DNA of 64,000 bases from Candidatus Poribacteria bacterium (lineage in GTDB: Bacteria > Poribacteria > WGA-4E > PCPOR2b): the NCBI GenBank assembly GCA_965198175.1, contig OZ240245.1:2560001-2624000 (forward strand), read 5' to 3'. The stretch's first letter is position 1. Each line of letters begins with the position of its first letter. Below are positions 31,992 through 42,832 of this stretch, one piece after another. Under the pieces are notes generated by a model. The model was given only the letters and a program-made list of their open reading frames with translations, was not told where the DNA came from and did no database searches. Both the position numbers and the translations under genes were made by a program.

Positions 31992-33887
31992 TTAATATTT
32001 CACAATGGTTCCCCATTCGCCAACAGCCCAGATCGATCCGCTCTTTGATTGGGTAATATCAGTAAGATTGGTCTTTGTAGAACTCTCTTGTGCAAGCCAT
32101 GTTACGCCCTCGTCGACCGTGTGCAAAATTGTGCCCTTATCTCCGACAGTCCAACCCTCCGTTTCGTTAATGAACCAGATACCGTTCAAGTTCTCGCTTG
32201 TTGGCGTAATCTGCTGTGTCCAGGTTTCGCCGCTATCCTTCGTCCCATAAACGGCGCCTTGAGATCCAGCAACCCAAGCGGTTTGTGGGTTAATTGCGAA
32301 TATCGCCTTCAATTCATCCGGCCCAGCGTTTTGAACAGTCCATGTCTGACCGCCATCAGCAGTTTTAATAATGGTACCTGCCGCCCCAACTGCCCAGCCG
32401 ACACTTGTGTCAACAAAATAGACGCCAAACAGGTTATTAAAGCCGACCGTCATGTCCCCGGATTCCTGACCTATCCATGTCTCGCCACCATCGCTCGTGT
32501 GCATAATCTTGCCAAATTCTCCAATACCCCAGCCGTGCGTTGAAGTTGAAAAGTGCAAACCATAAAATCCGACAGCGCCTTTCCATTTCATTGACTCATC
32601 TAACTGAATCCGTTCAACCGTACCGTGCCCTTCATCCCGGGGATCGCTAACGACGTTCCAAGTGTCTCCACTGTCAAGGGACTCAATTAAGGTGGCGTTG
32701 CTACCAACAATATAGCCCCTGTTCGCATCGACGAAGCCGATGCCAAACAGCTCAAAGACATTGTTGCTCGTTTGTTCATTCCAAACGGTTCCGCCATCTC
32801 GAGTATGCAGAACCGCTCCGCCTAAACCAACAGCCCATCCTAACTTGTCGCCATAGAAATGAACTGCGGTGAGATGGTTATTGCTTGAAATCACATCCCA
32901 AGATGCGCCACCGTCTCGGCTATGGATAATTGTCGCGAATGCACCCACAGCCCAAGCTTCCTGGGGGGTGACAAGTTGGATAGCGTTCACACGGTTCTGA
33001 ACGGGCCTCGGTTCAATCGGTGTCCACTCCTTCCCGCCATCGGTAGTCCTCAGAATAACCCCAAACTCCGCTGAAGCGAGCCCGTGGTTGGCGTCAATAA
33101 AATGGATCCCCCAAATTGGTTCCGGCATCCCGTTCGAGTTAGGCACACGACTTTCCTGGGGTTTCCACGTGGTTCCACCATCAATAGTATGAACTAGGGC
33201 GCCATTCCCGCCGGAGGCCCAACCTTCTTGGTCGCTTCGCATAAAAATTGCATCAAGGGGTGAAGCCGTTCTGCTATTTTGAGCTTTCCAAGTCTGCCCA
33301 GCATTCATGGTGTGAATGACTGTACCGCCATCTCCCGCGGCCCAGCCCACTTGAGCGCTCGTAAAGTGAATGCCTTTAATCGCGTTATTTGTGTCGGTTT
33401 TATGTCGCGTCCAGGTGGTGCCGCCATCTACGGTACGAATAACAAGCCCTCCATCACCGCCTGCCCAACCGTATTTATCATCAGCAAAAGAAATAGCTGA
33501 CAACGTGGCTCGGGTGCCACTGTTGAGTTTCATCCACGTCGCACCACCATCTGTTGTTTTCAGCACGGTACCAGCATCACCCACGATCCAACCCGTTTGA
33601 GGATTGATAAACCGCACTTTGTAGAAATCTACCTTGAAAGGAAGTGGTTGGCTCGGTTGCCTTTCCCATGTCTTTCCACCATTGTTCGTATGAAGAATTG
33701 TCGAACTTGAACCAACAACCCAGCCGTGTTGAGCATCAACAAAGTAGATGTCTGTAAACGTGGCTCGCCATTCCGCCTCGCGCACAGATGTCCAATTCTT
33801 CCCTTGTGCAAAGTTATTGGCGACAAAAATCAATAGTAACGCCATCATTGATGAAACAACTTGAATACACCGCTTATTGGTTATCAT
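31992..33887 (-). CDS. YCF48-like BNR/Asp-box repeat beta-propeller protein
   Basis: Many FxDxxxGWAVG..GxIxxTxDGGxTW repeats; signal peptide; AAGGAG RBS before ATG 33887. Confidence 0.9.
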   Translation of the reverse strand: MITNKRCIQVVSSMMALLLIFVANNFAQGKNWTSVREAEWRATFTDIYFVDAQHGWVVGSSSTILHTNNGGKTWERQPSQPLPFKVDFYKVRFINPQTGWIVGDAGTVLKTTDGGATWMKLNSGTRATLSAISFADDKYGWAGGDGGLVIRTVDGGTTWTRHKTDTNNAIKGIHFTSAQVGWAAGDGGTVIHTMNAGQTWKAQNSRTASPLDAIFMRSDQEGWASGGNGALVHTIDGGTTWKPQESRVPNSNGMPEPIWGIHFIDANHGLASAEFGVILRTTDGGKEWTPIEPRPVQNRVNAIQLVTPQEAWAVGAFATIIHSRDGGASWDVISSNNHLTAVHFYGDKLGWAVGLGGAVLHTRDGGTVWNEQTSNNVFELFGIGFVDANRGYIVGSNATLIESLDSGDTWNVVSDPRDEGHGTVERIQLDESMKWKGAVGFYGLHFSTSTHGWGIGEFGKIMHTSDGGETWIGQESGDMTVGFNNLFGVYFVDTSVGWAVGAAGTIIKTADGGQTWTVQNAGPDELKAIFAINPQTAWVAGSQGAVYGTKDSGETWTQQITPTSENLNGIWFINETEGWTVGDKGTILHTVDEGVTWLAQESSTKTNLTDITQSKSGSIWAVGEWGTIVKY

Positions 33888-33949
33888 TAGTTTTCTCCTT
33901 AATAAGGCAGTAAGCTTTTTCAGAAGCTCGTCAAATTTCTCAAATGCCG

Positions 33950-34450
33950 CTAAATTCCCATTCGCAAGGCAACTGCAGCCAGCAATACCAGAAGTGAGAA
34001 CACGCCAATTAGACTTGACACGACTGACATCCAAGAACGAATCTTTTTGACCTGATCGGGCAATTCCTCTGCGCCCGGTTCGAGAGCATCAACAGCTTGC
34101 GACAGTCTCGGACCAATGACAAATGAGTGAATCGCTGTCAAAAAGATCAGCACGATTACAAGGAGGAGTTTGATGAGAAGTGTCCGCATAAAGGCACCCG
34201 CCAAGCCAGTCAAATCCGGGTAACTGAGAAAGATGTTTAACAGTCCGGAAAAAATGAGTACTAATACACAGCCCCACACAATGGGCTCAAACCGCCTGCC
34301 AATCTGTGATAGTATCTGAATGCGTTCTACAGGGGAGACAGATCGCTTGAAGTAGGGCACAACCACCATCGCCATCACGAGATTACCACCAATCCAAATC
34401 ACGGCAGCGAGAATGTGTAACCAGAGAACCAACAAGCCAAATATTTCCAT
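33950..34450 (-). CDS. CopD/DUF4149-like four-TM membrane protein
   Basis: WLHILAAVIWIGG, SGLLN, KLLLV, AIHSF. Confidence 0.75.
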   Translation of the reverse strand: MEIFGLLVLWLHILAAVIWIGGNLVMAMVVVPYFKRSVSPVERIQILSQIGRRFEPIVWGCVLVLIFSGLLNIFLSYPDLTGLAGAFMRTLLIKLLLVIVLIFLTAIHSFVIGPRLSQAVDALEPGAEELPDQVKKIRSWMSVVSSLIGVFSLLVLLAAVALRMGI

Positions 34451-34776
34451 GAAGCCTCCTAGGTTCAATGCGAAAATATGGAGATATTCATTTAGAGATA
34501 TTTCTGCGATGATCGAAAAGGCTGCGCGAAATACCCCGGTAAGTGTTCCAACATCAGAGACTCGAAAACTTCAAGTTTAAGAGCTATCTTGTAAAGAATT
34601 TCGATGAAAAGCATGAACTATATCTGGTGGACGACAGACCGCCCTCCTCCGCCAATGGATGTATTGGAGGGTTTTCCATCAACGAATCATTGTGCGAATA
34701 TCGTACCGATTTTCAAGCAGTTGCGTCGCGAAACGATGCTGGAACTTTTTGCGTCCGTTCTATGCTGGACTTTCTC

Positions 34777-34805
34777 TTGACTATCTTTAGGCAGAGACGT
34801 ATAAT
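34777..34805 (+). promoter_or_regulatory. Sigma70 promoter of the GT9 gene
   Basis: TTGACT-N17-TATAAT. Confidence 0.7.
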
Positions 34806-34929
34806 CTGTTCAACGGTACGGTTTTTTCATTGTAACAGATTCTCACAGTTGATTCAAGTGAAAGTTCCGCATAGAAATCTTAATATCGGAAAAATTCTCG
34901 TTGCATAGGATCGCGATTCAGGGAGAAAC

Positions 34930-35949
34930 TTGAGAGGAAGAATCCTTGTCACTCAAACGGGGGGCTGGATTGGCGATATGGTCCTGCTGACTCCGGCATT
35001 GAGAGCGTTGAAGCACGCCTATCCGCAGTCTAGCGTGGCATTGCTGCTGCGTCCCCTTGTTGCGGATTTGATGGCGAATCACCCTTACCTTGATCAAGTG
35101 ATTGTTGACATCAAAAGACAACATCGCAGCCGTTTGAAATCTCTCTGGCAATTAACACGTTATATCCAGCGGGCTGCATTCGATCTTGCAGTTGTTTTAC
35201 ACCCCACTTCCTTTCGAAACGCATTAATCCCCTTTCTAGCTGGTGTTCCAGAACGGATTGGTTCAAATATAAATGGTCGTGGAATTTTGTTGACGGAGAC
35301 TTGCCTGAATCGACGAGAGCGCCATGAAGTTTACCGTTACCTCGACGTTTTAGAGCTCATCGGTGTTGATGCACAAGATACCAGCCTGGAGTTCTGGCAT
35401 ACAGATGTGGATCGCCGCGTTGTTTGCCAGGTGCTCACCGATCACGGCATCGCTTCCACAGAACGTCTTATCGGTGTAAATCTTGGCACCACGTGGCAGA
35501 CAAAACAGTGGGAAATCGAGAATTTTGCAGCTGTGCTAACGCAGCTTCAGAATATCATCAATATCCGTTTTATCCTGACAGGTCACGCCTCAGAAACTGC
35601 ACTTGGTGAAGCGCTGCAGCGGATGATTAAAGTGGATCTTATCAATCTTATTGGGGCGACAACTCCCACCCAACTCGGGGCGCTTATCGAACGTTGTAGT
35701 CTTTATTTGACCTGCGACAGCGGTCCCATGCACATCGCTGCAGCTGTTGGAACACCGACGATTGCTCTGTTCGGCCCAACGAGCCCAACACGTCACCGCC
35801 CTTATGCGGAAGGACATTGCGTCATTGAGAAACCCGTTGGCTGCCGACCTTGCTATAAGCGTAAATGTAAACTCAAGGAAACTCCGAATCTGTGTATGAC
35901 AGAAATCAAACCGGAGGAAGTCGTTGCGAATATTATTCAGCTTTTTTGA
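34930..35949 (+). CDS. GT9 ADP-heptose:LPS heptosyltransferase (WaaF-like)
   Basis: WIGDMVL, KQW, DSGPMHIAAAVGTPTIALFGPT, CRPC. Confidence 0.9.
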   Translation: MRGRILVTQTGGWIGDMVLLTPALRALKHAYPQSSVALLLRPLVADLMANHPYLDQVIVDIKRQHRSRLKSLWQLTRYIQRAAFDLAVVLHPTSFRNALIPFLAGVPERIGSNINGRGILLTETCLNRRERHEVYRYLDVLELIGVDAQDTSLEFWHTDVDRRVVCQVLTDHGIASTERLIGVNLGTTWQTKQWEIENFAAVLTQLQNIINIRFILTGHASETALGEALQRMIKVDLINLIGATTPTQLGALIERCSLYLTCDSGPMHIAAAVGTPTIALFGPTSPTRHRPYAEGHCVIEKPVGCRPCYKRKCKLKETPNLCMTEIKPEEVVANIIQLF

Positions 35950-36070
35950 CGACAAACTTTACCCATGCGTCAAAAATTTGACCGATTTACAATTTTACTC
36001 TTGTAGAATCGAAACATAATTCGGTTGTACATAGCGCCTTGACTGGCTATTGAAGATAGGGGGGTATGTG

Positions 36071-37081
36071 ATGAGGACATACCGAGTTGGAGTGATTGGA
36101 TGCGGGGTAATCGGCAGCCACCATGCATCAGGACTTGTTGGCTTATCCAATGCAGCGCTAGTGGCTGCGTGCGATGTGATGCCGAGCACGCTAGAAGCCT
36201 TCAGAGAGCGTTGGAAAGATACTTGGCAGAATATTGCCCTGTACACAAATCACCAAGAGATGCTAGAGAATGAGGATTTGGACATTGTGACGGTGGCAAC
36301 CTCCGATCATCGGCACACAGATTTGGTGGTGAACGCCGCCAATGCCGGGGTAAAAGGCATGTTCTGCGAAAAGCCATTGGCGACGAATCTGGCTGATGCC
36401 GACCGTATGATTGAGGCTGCCGAGCGCAATAAAACGATTCTGTCGATTGACCACACCCGTAGGTGGGTGCCGTTATGGCGATATACCAAAGAAGAAGTGG
36501 TGGGAAAAGACGTAATCGGACCCGTGCAGTGTGTCATCGGGTTTTTAACGGGCGGTCGCGCGATGCTATTCCGTAACGGCACCCATATCATTGATATGAT
36601 GTGTTACTTCGCAGATTCCGACCCAGAATGGGTCTCCGCGGAACTCGAAACCGGATACGAGGATTACTCGGAATATCGCGGAGATGGTGGACATGACCCG
36701 GTGACAGAGCCCGCTGCTCACGGGTATATCCACTTCGCCAACGGCGTGCGTGCGTTTTACGTCGGCGGTCCCAAAACCACTCGTAGAATGCTGCGCCTTG
36801 AGATTATTGGAACGAAGGGATATATCTTCATCGAGGATGCCTTCACAGAACCGAGGGCACAGATCCGAACAGGAGATAAATATGAAGATATTCAAATTCC
36901 GGCGTGGGATGTTGTTGGTATCCCTGCCGGTATCCAAGAACTGGTACGCTTAGTCGATGAAGGCGGGGAGCCCGTGTCCCCGGGTAAAGAAGCGCACAAA
37001 GTTGTCGAAATCATAGCTGGATTTCTAGAATCCAATCGTCGTGACAACGCGAAAGTTAAGTTTCCGCTCCCGCGAGATTAA
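36071..37081 (+). CDS. Gfo/Idh/MocA oxidoreductase
   Basis: GVIGCG, CEKPLA, GTHIID. Confidence 0.9.
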   Translation: MRTYRVGVIGCGVIGSHHASGLVGLSNAALVAACDVMPSTLEAFRERWKDTWQNIALYTNHQEMLENEDLDIVTVATSDHRHTDLVVNAANAGVKGMFCEKPLATNLADADRMIEAAERNKTILSIDHTRRWVPLWRYTKEEVVGKDVIGPVQCVIGFLTGGRAMLFRNGTHIIDMMCYFADSDPEWVSAELETGYEDYSEYRGDGGHDPVTEPAAHGYIHFANGVRAFYVGGPKTTRRMLRLEIIGTKGYIFIEDAFTEPRAQIRTGDKYEDIQIPAWDVVGIPAGIQELVRLVDEGGEPVSPGKEAHKVVEIIAGFLESNRRDNAKVKFPLPRD

Positions 37082-37331
37082 GTTTGTACGTTTTAGCACA
37101 TCAGATATTTCAAATGGAGAAGTGGATGTTCAGGTGATGAGATTAGGTCGATTTTACTGGCAGCTAAGCCGTTTTTTGTGTATAATTTATGAAGGTTGAA
37201 ATGGAAACGGCATAGATAAAGAATTAAGCTTGGCTAGCAACGTTCATGGAATTTGGAAGTTCAGAATGTCCGTTTGGATGAATTTTCTCTCCAACGATAG
37301 TGCGATTGACGGCACAAACGGGTTACCAACC

Positions 37332-39899
37332 ATGATATTGCAGTGCAAATCCACCGTCCCAATCGTGGCGATTCTACTGATGCTATGGGGTGCGCACGCG
37401 GTTGACGCAATTGATTCTGACCGGGCGGTTCAAGATGAACAGTACGCGTTTTTCGAAGCGAAGATTCGGCCCGTGTTAGTGAATACCTGTTTCCGTTGCC
37501 ATGGCGGGGACGAGATTAACAACGGTCTGCGCGTAGATTCACGGGAAGCATTGCTGGAAGGCGGCATCTATGGCGCCGCGATTGTGCCTGGCGACCCCGA
37601 TGCGAGCTTGCTAATTGAAGCCATACGGCACAATGAGGCTGCGTATGTAAAGATGCCGCCCGACGAGAAATTGCCCGACCACGTTGTAAGGGACTTCGAA
37701 GTTTGGGTGAAAGAAGGCGCAATTTGGCCCACAGAAACCGTTTGGCAAAATGCGGACATGGTGCAAGCGGACCAACATTGGGCATTTGCACCGGTGAAAG
37801 CGGTTGAGCCTCCCGTCGATTTGACCGGATGGTCTGATCATCCGATTGATCGGTTTGTCAGGGCACAGTGGCACGAACATGGATTGCGCCCCAATCAACC
37901 GGCGGACAAGCGCACCCTAATGCGCCGAGTCTACTATGATCTCGTTGGTCTGCCGCCCACACCGGAAGAGGTGAAAGCGTTTATGGCGGATACAACGCCG
38001 CATGCTTTTGCGCAGCTTGTCGAACGCTTGCTTGCCTCACCGCGATACGGCGAGCGCTGGGGGCGGCACTGGATGGATGTAGCGCGTTACGCCGATACTG
38101 GCGGCGACAACGCGGACTACCCAATACCGGAAGCACACCTCTACCGCGACTACATCATCGATTCGTTCAACGCGGACAAACCGTACGATCAATTTGTTCA
38201 TGAGCAGCTAGCCGGTGATATTCTCGCCAAAACCGCACCGCCGCAGCAATACACCGAGCAGATAATTGCTACGGGATTCATCGCCTTATCCCGCCGATTC
38301 GGCACGGGAGCGTACCAACTGAATCATCTGATTCTGGAGGATACAATTGACACAACGGGGCGAGCCTTCTTAGGATTGACGATGCGCTGCGCTCGCTGTC
38401 ATGACCACAAGTTCGATCCGATTACCATGGAAGATTACTATGCCATGTATGGTATCTTCGCCAGCACAACGTATCCATACGCCGGATCCGAGGAATTTCA
38501 AACGGGCCGAAAGCCGCGAATGAATTTCGTGCCGCTGCTGCCTCCTGATCAGGCTCAACCGCAAATTGCCGCTCATCAAGAGCAGTTTGATCAGCGTCAA
38601 AAAGAGATAGATCAACTGGAACACGAAGGCGAGCTAGCGGAAAAACGGAATTCACTCAACCAACAAATTGAAACGTTAAGAGAGCAGATTAACACATTGA
38701 AGTCGGACGGCGGAGATACGAAAGACCTCGAATCGCAGGTAGTGGCGCTCGGAGTGCAGTACAACGATCTCACCGACCAAATTAACAGCCAAAAAGGTGA
38801 ACTGAAACAGAAACTGCCGCGTTCAGATTTGCCGGCAGATATGCCCCAAGCTTATGCGGTTGTAGATGGACAGGCGACAGATGCGCACATTCACCGTCGC
38901 GGCGACCCTGCGCAGTCAGGACCCGCAATAAGGCGAGATGTGCCGAAATTTCTCAACAACGGTAAACCCCTTGAAATTCCTGAAGGTCAAAGCGGACGCT
39001 TGCAATTGGCGCAGTGGCTGACGAGTCCGAAGAACCCCCTGACGGCGCGGGTCATGGTCAATCGCATCTGGCAATACCACTTCGGGAAAGGAATTGTTTC
39101 GACCCCATCAAACTTTGGGCGCTCCGGTTCCAAACCGACACATCCTCTGTTGCTTGACTTTCTGGCGACGCGATTCATCGAAAGCGGCTGGTCAGTTAAG
39201 GCGATCCATCGGTTAATTCTGTCATCAAAAACATTTCAACTGGCGAGCGGTCACGACGCACAGAATGCCACTGTCGACCCATCCAACGATTACTATTGGC
39301 GATTCGATCGGCGACGGCTTGAAGCAGAAGCCTTACGCGATGCGGTGATGAACATCAGCGGTTTATTGGATCTCAGCCGACCGGGAGCGCATCCGTTCCC
39401 GCCAATTGAGAAATGGTTCTGGTCACAGCATGTACCGTTCCCGTACGATAACGTGACCGGTCGCTTCATACCGACGCCCTATCCGTCAAACCATCGCACC
39501 GTTTATCTGATGACGCAGCGGCTTCAATATCATCCGTTTCTCGGACTGTTTGATGCACCCGACACGAACACGACTACTGGGGTACGCACGAACTCCACCG
39601 TGCCCCAGCAATCTCTGTTTCTCATGAACAATCCTTGGGCGCACGAGCAAGCCCAAGCTTTTGCTCAGCGCTTGATTGCGTTTTCACAGGATCCTGTAGA
39701 GCGCATTAACCGCGCGTACTTACTCGCTTATAGCCGCGAGGTAACCGCCGAAGAGCGGCAGCGTGGTGAGGCGTATATTAAACGTGCAGTTGAAAACCTT
39801 AATGTTGACGAACTTCCACCCGAACAAAGGGAGACGGAAGCGTGGAATAGTTACGCACAGGTGTTGTTAAGATCGAATGAATTAGTTTACATCGACTAA
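37332..39899 (+). CDS. Planctomycete cytochrome c / PSD1 (DUF1549-DUF1553) protein; start uncertain
   Basis: FFEAKIRPVL, CFRCH, HWAF, YGERWGRHWMDVARYADT, CARCHDHKFDP, PLTARVMVNRIWQYHFG. Confidence 0.92.
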   Translation: MILQCKSTVPIVAILLMLWGAHAVDAIDSDRAVQDEQYAFFEAKIRPVLVNTCFRCHGGDEINNGLRVDSREALLEGGIYGAAIVPGDPDASLLIEAIRHNEAAYVKMPPDEKLPDHVVRDFEVWVKEGAIWPTETVWQNADMVQADQHWAFAPVKAVEPPVDLTGWSDHPIDRFVRAQWHEHGLRPNQPADKRTLMRRVYYDLVGLPPTPEEVKAFMADTTPHAFAQLVERLLASPRYGERWGRHWMDVARYADTGGDNADYPIPEAHLYRDYIIDSFNADKPYDQFVHEQLAGDILAKTAPPQQYTEQIIATGFIALSRRFGTGAYQLNHLILEDTIDTTGRAFLGLTMRCARCHDHKFDPITMEDYYAMYGIFASTTYPYAGSEEFQTGRKPRMNFVPLLPPDQAQPQIAAHQEQFDQRQKEIDQLEHEGELAEKRNSLNQQIETLREQINTLKSDGGDTKDLESQVVALGVQYNDLTDQINSQKGELKQKLPRSDLPADMPQAYAVVDGQATDAHIHRRGDPAQSGPAIRRDVPKFLNNGKPLEIPEGQSGRLQLAQWLTSPKNPLTARVMVNRIWQYHFGKGIVSTPSNFGRSGSKPTHPLLLDFLATRFIESGWSVKAIHRLILSSKTFQLASGHDAQNATVDPSNDYYWRFDRRRLEAEALRDAVMNISGLLDLSRPGAHPFPPIEKWFWSQHVPFPYDNVTGRFIPTPYPSNHRTVYLMTQRLQYHPFLGLFDAPDTNTTTGVRTNSTVPQQSLFLMNNPWAHEQAQAFAQRLIAFSQDPVERINRAYLLAYSREVTAEERQRGEAYIKRAVENLNVDELPPEQRETEAWNSYAQVLLRSNELVYID

Positions 39900-39924
39900 C
39901 TTTAATCGACACCAGGAGTAAACC

Positions 39925-41304
39925 ATGAGCAAACAAAACCAAGTCAACCGTCGCCAATTTTTGAGTTGCGCGCTCGCAGGATGTGCGACAAGTGTGCTTG
40001 GCCCCTTCGCTAAGTTGTCGCTTGCGGCGGAACTCTACGCCGGACACCCGTTGGCACCCAAATTGACGCATCATCCCGCGAAAGCCAAAAATCTTATCTT
40101 CGTTTTTCTGACCGGCGGATTCGCCCATGTCGACACCTTTGACTATAAACCGAAGCTGCAGAGCGATCACGGCAAGGAAATTCCGGCGTGGGGCACACAA
40201 AAGCCGCTTATGGGCTCGCCTTTCAAATTTCAGCCATACGGTGAGTCTGGGCTGATGATTAGCGAGCTGTTCACTCATCTGGGAGGTGTCGCAGACGAAC
40301 TGTGCATCATTCAAACCCTGCACACAGATATCGTTGAGCACTTTCAAGCCTCGCTTGCGATGCACACGGGATCGGCGACTATCCCCATGCCCAGCATCGG
40401 AGCTTGGCTAAGTTACGGTTTGGGCACGCAAAATCAGAACCTGCCGTCATACATGGTTTTGTGCGAAAACATACCCTATGCGGGATCGCAAGTGTGGGAC
40501 AATCATTTTCTTCCGCCGGTGCATCAAGGTGTGCGTATCCTACCCGGCGACGAGCCAGTAGCGAACCTGAACTCATCAACGAACTCGGTGACGCTAGCAG
40601 AATTGGAACGAATTATGCTGCGTGATGTCAACGAACTTCACGCCCGCCAGCGTCCCGAAGATTTAGAACTGCTCGCCCGCATGAACGCCAATGACACCGC
40701 AGTGGGTATGATGCGCACGGCCCCACAGGTGTTCGACCTGGCTGAAGAGAACGATGCCACATTCAACCTGTATGGACTGGAGCGCGACGATAACAGGTCG
40801 TTCGCTTGGCAGTGCCTCGTTGCCCGGCGGCTGGTGGAGCACGGCGTTCGTGTTGTTGAACTCATTGACACCGGTGCAACCAACAACTGGGATGCGCACG
40901 GCAATATGGAGGACCACCGTCCGAAGGCGGAACGGGTAGATCGACCACTCGCTGCCTTAATCAAGGATTTGAAAGGTCGCGGCATACTTGATGAGACGCT
41001 TATCGCTATCTGCACCGAGTTCGGGCGTACCCCATTTTCCAACAATATGAAGGGACGTGAACATCATGCTTCAGCCTTCTCATGTCTTCTCGCAGGCGCT
41101 GGCGTCCAAGGCGGGACGACTTACGGTGAAAGCGATGACTACGGAGTCGAGATTGTTTCTCAACCGTGCCACGTCCACGACTACCACGCCACCATACTGC
41201 ATCTAATGGGCATTGACCACACAAAACTGACCTACCGCTATGCGGGCCGAGATTTCCGCTTAACCGATGTGAGCGGAGATGTTCTTCAGGAAGTTCTGGC
41301 GTGA
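39925..41304 (+). CDS. DUF1501 protein (Tat-exported)
   Basis: NRRQFL Tat motif, HVDTFDYKP, WDAH, EFGRTP, DFRLTDV. Confidence 0.92.
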   Translation: MSKQNQVNRRQFLSCALAGCATSVLGPFAKLSLAAELYAGHPLAPKLTHHPAKAKNLIFVFLTGGFAHVDTFDYKPKLQSDHGKEIPAWGTQKPLMGSPFKFQPYGESGLMISELFTHLGGVADELCIIQTLHTDIVEHFQASLAMHTGSATIPMPSIGAWLSYGLGTQNQNLPSYMVLCENIPYAGSQVWDNHFLPPVHQGVRILPGDEPVANLNSSTNSVTLAELERIMLRDVNELHARQRPEDLELLARMNANDTAVGMMRTAPQVFDLAEENDATFNLYGLERDDNRSFAWQCLVARRLVEHGVRVVELIDTGATNNWDAHGNMEDHRPKAERVDRPLAALIKDLKGRGILDETLIAICTEFGRTPFSNNMKGREHHASAFSCLLAGAGVQGGTTYGESDDYGVEIVSQPCHVHDYHATILHLMGIDHTKLTYRYAGRDFRLTDVSGDVLQEVLA

Positions 41305-41358
41305 TTTCGAGTACCGCCTCGGTGATTGTGAAGGGCTTCTACCGCTTCACGACGCTAG

Positions 41359-42759
41359 CTAGGCAAATTGGCGTAAGAGGGTGTAGCTTGCTAGGGCAAC
41401 CATGATGAGAAAGCAGATCCAAAAAATGGAATCCGCCTTCCACGTTGGTCTGATATGGTAGTTGATGTGTGTATAGCGCAGGTAGATGGTGCTGCCCGCA
41501 ACGATAGGCATCATTATCGCTGCAATTGTGCCGCTGATAGTGAGCATCCAGACAGGGTTCTCAATATAGAAATAACACATTGCCATAATCGTGGGTGAAA
41601 CCACCGCCCAGATACGCATCACCCGTACGCGTGCGCGATAGTCACGCGGATTAATCACGCCGAGCACCCCCATGGCGTCAGCAACCATCCGTGTCCCCCC
41701 TGCTAGCCCCGAAACCACAGTTGAGAACAACACGAAGAATGCCCCCAACAGGAATAGCCACGATGCCCACTCACCAAGCGTCTGCGTATAAGAGCCGGAC
41801 AATATGCTAATTGTCTCAAGACCATTCGGTACGGTGCCCTTGTGATGCAGCACACCGGCGCCGAGCATGTAGAACGGCACCGTCGCACAAGTCAGCACAC
41901 CCAATGTCAGCAGTACGTCAGCCTGCATGACGCGAATCCAACCCTGCGCACGGCGGATCCAACCGGGGCTGCTGTCCGTGGCGCCAACGAAACGGGCGTA
42001 ACCCTTCTCGACACACCAATAAGTGTACGACATTGACTCGCCTGCAGTCACGCCGGTGGCGCCGTACGCTCCCAACGCTGCCGCGACTGCGAACACCGGA
42101 AACTGGAATTGCAGACCAGCGCGCACGTCACCCCATGTGATAGCATAAGGCGTGAATTGCAACAGGATGGCACACACTATCGTGAGGACAGTGAAGGTGC
42201 CGACCATAAACGTCATCAACTTTTCGAGGGTGCGGTATGTGCCGCTCAGAATCAGCGCCACCGCCAGTGCGGCGAAAATAATTGTCCACCATTTCGATGC
42301 GAAAAATGGGAACGCCATGTGAACCGCCTGCCCAACCCCGCCGTACACGCCGCCGCCGCCTAAGTGACCGGGGATTAGCTGGAACATCCACAACCAGATG
42401 AACCATGAAATCTTTTGACGGGGTCCAGGAAGTTTACCGGGTAGCCGATTAAAGGCGTGCAATACAGTCTCGCCCGATGAAACCGTGTAACGCCCCAACT
42501 CTGCCTGCACGATACTCTTGCCCCAGCTACTCAGCAGCATCCACCAAAACATTACAAACCCAACGGTTGCGCCTAGTGTCGTTGTCATGATAATCTCACC
42601 GGATCCAACGACCGTCCCTACCAAAATTAATCCCGGTCCGAGAAACTTAAGCGTGCCCCTCAACCCAATAGGCGGCTCTCTGACATCGTCTGGACGGCGA
42701 GCATACGGATCGATACTGTCTTCCTGTTCTGATGGTCTACGTTCACGATTTTGCGTCAT
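41359..42759 (-). CDS. Nramp-like transporter
   Basis: LGPGLILVGTVVGSGE, GRYT, YWCVEKGYA; about 11 TM segments. Confidence 0.8.
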   Translation of the reverse strand: MTQNRERRPSEQEDSIDPYARRPDDVREPPIGLRGTLKFLGPGLILVGTVVGSGEIIMTTTLGATVGFVMFWWMLLSSWGKSIVQAELGRYTVSSGETVLHAFNRLPGKLPGPRQKISWFIWLWMFQLIPGHLGGGGVYGGVGQAVHMAFPFFASKWWTIIFAALAVALILSGTYRTLEKLMTFMVGTFTVLTIVCAILLQFTPYAITWGDVRAGLQFQFPVFAVAAALGAYGATGVTAGESMSYTYWCVEKGYARFVGATDSSPGWIRRAQGWIRVMQADVLLTLGVLTCATVPFYMLGAGVLHHKGTVPNGLETISILSGSYTQTLGEWASWLFLLGAFFVLFSTVVSGLAGGTRMVADAMGVLGVINPRDYRARVRVMRIWAVVSPTIMAMCYFYIENPVWMLTISGTIAAIMMPIVAGSTIYLRYTHINYHIRPTWKADSIFWICFLIMVALASYTLLRQFA

Positions 42760-42832
42760 GCGCTAAGCCCTCTTCACATTAAGGATTTCGGTATTTTTTG
42801 ACAATCAGATAGTAAGTCCCAGTGAATCTAGG

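Noticed and set aside
31424..32016. ORFs 31424-31837 and 31618-32016
   Set aside because: No RBS or recognisable motifs and they overlap each other; the ~600-bp gap remains unexplained
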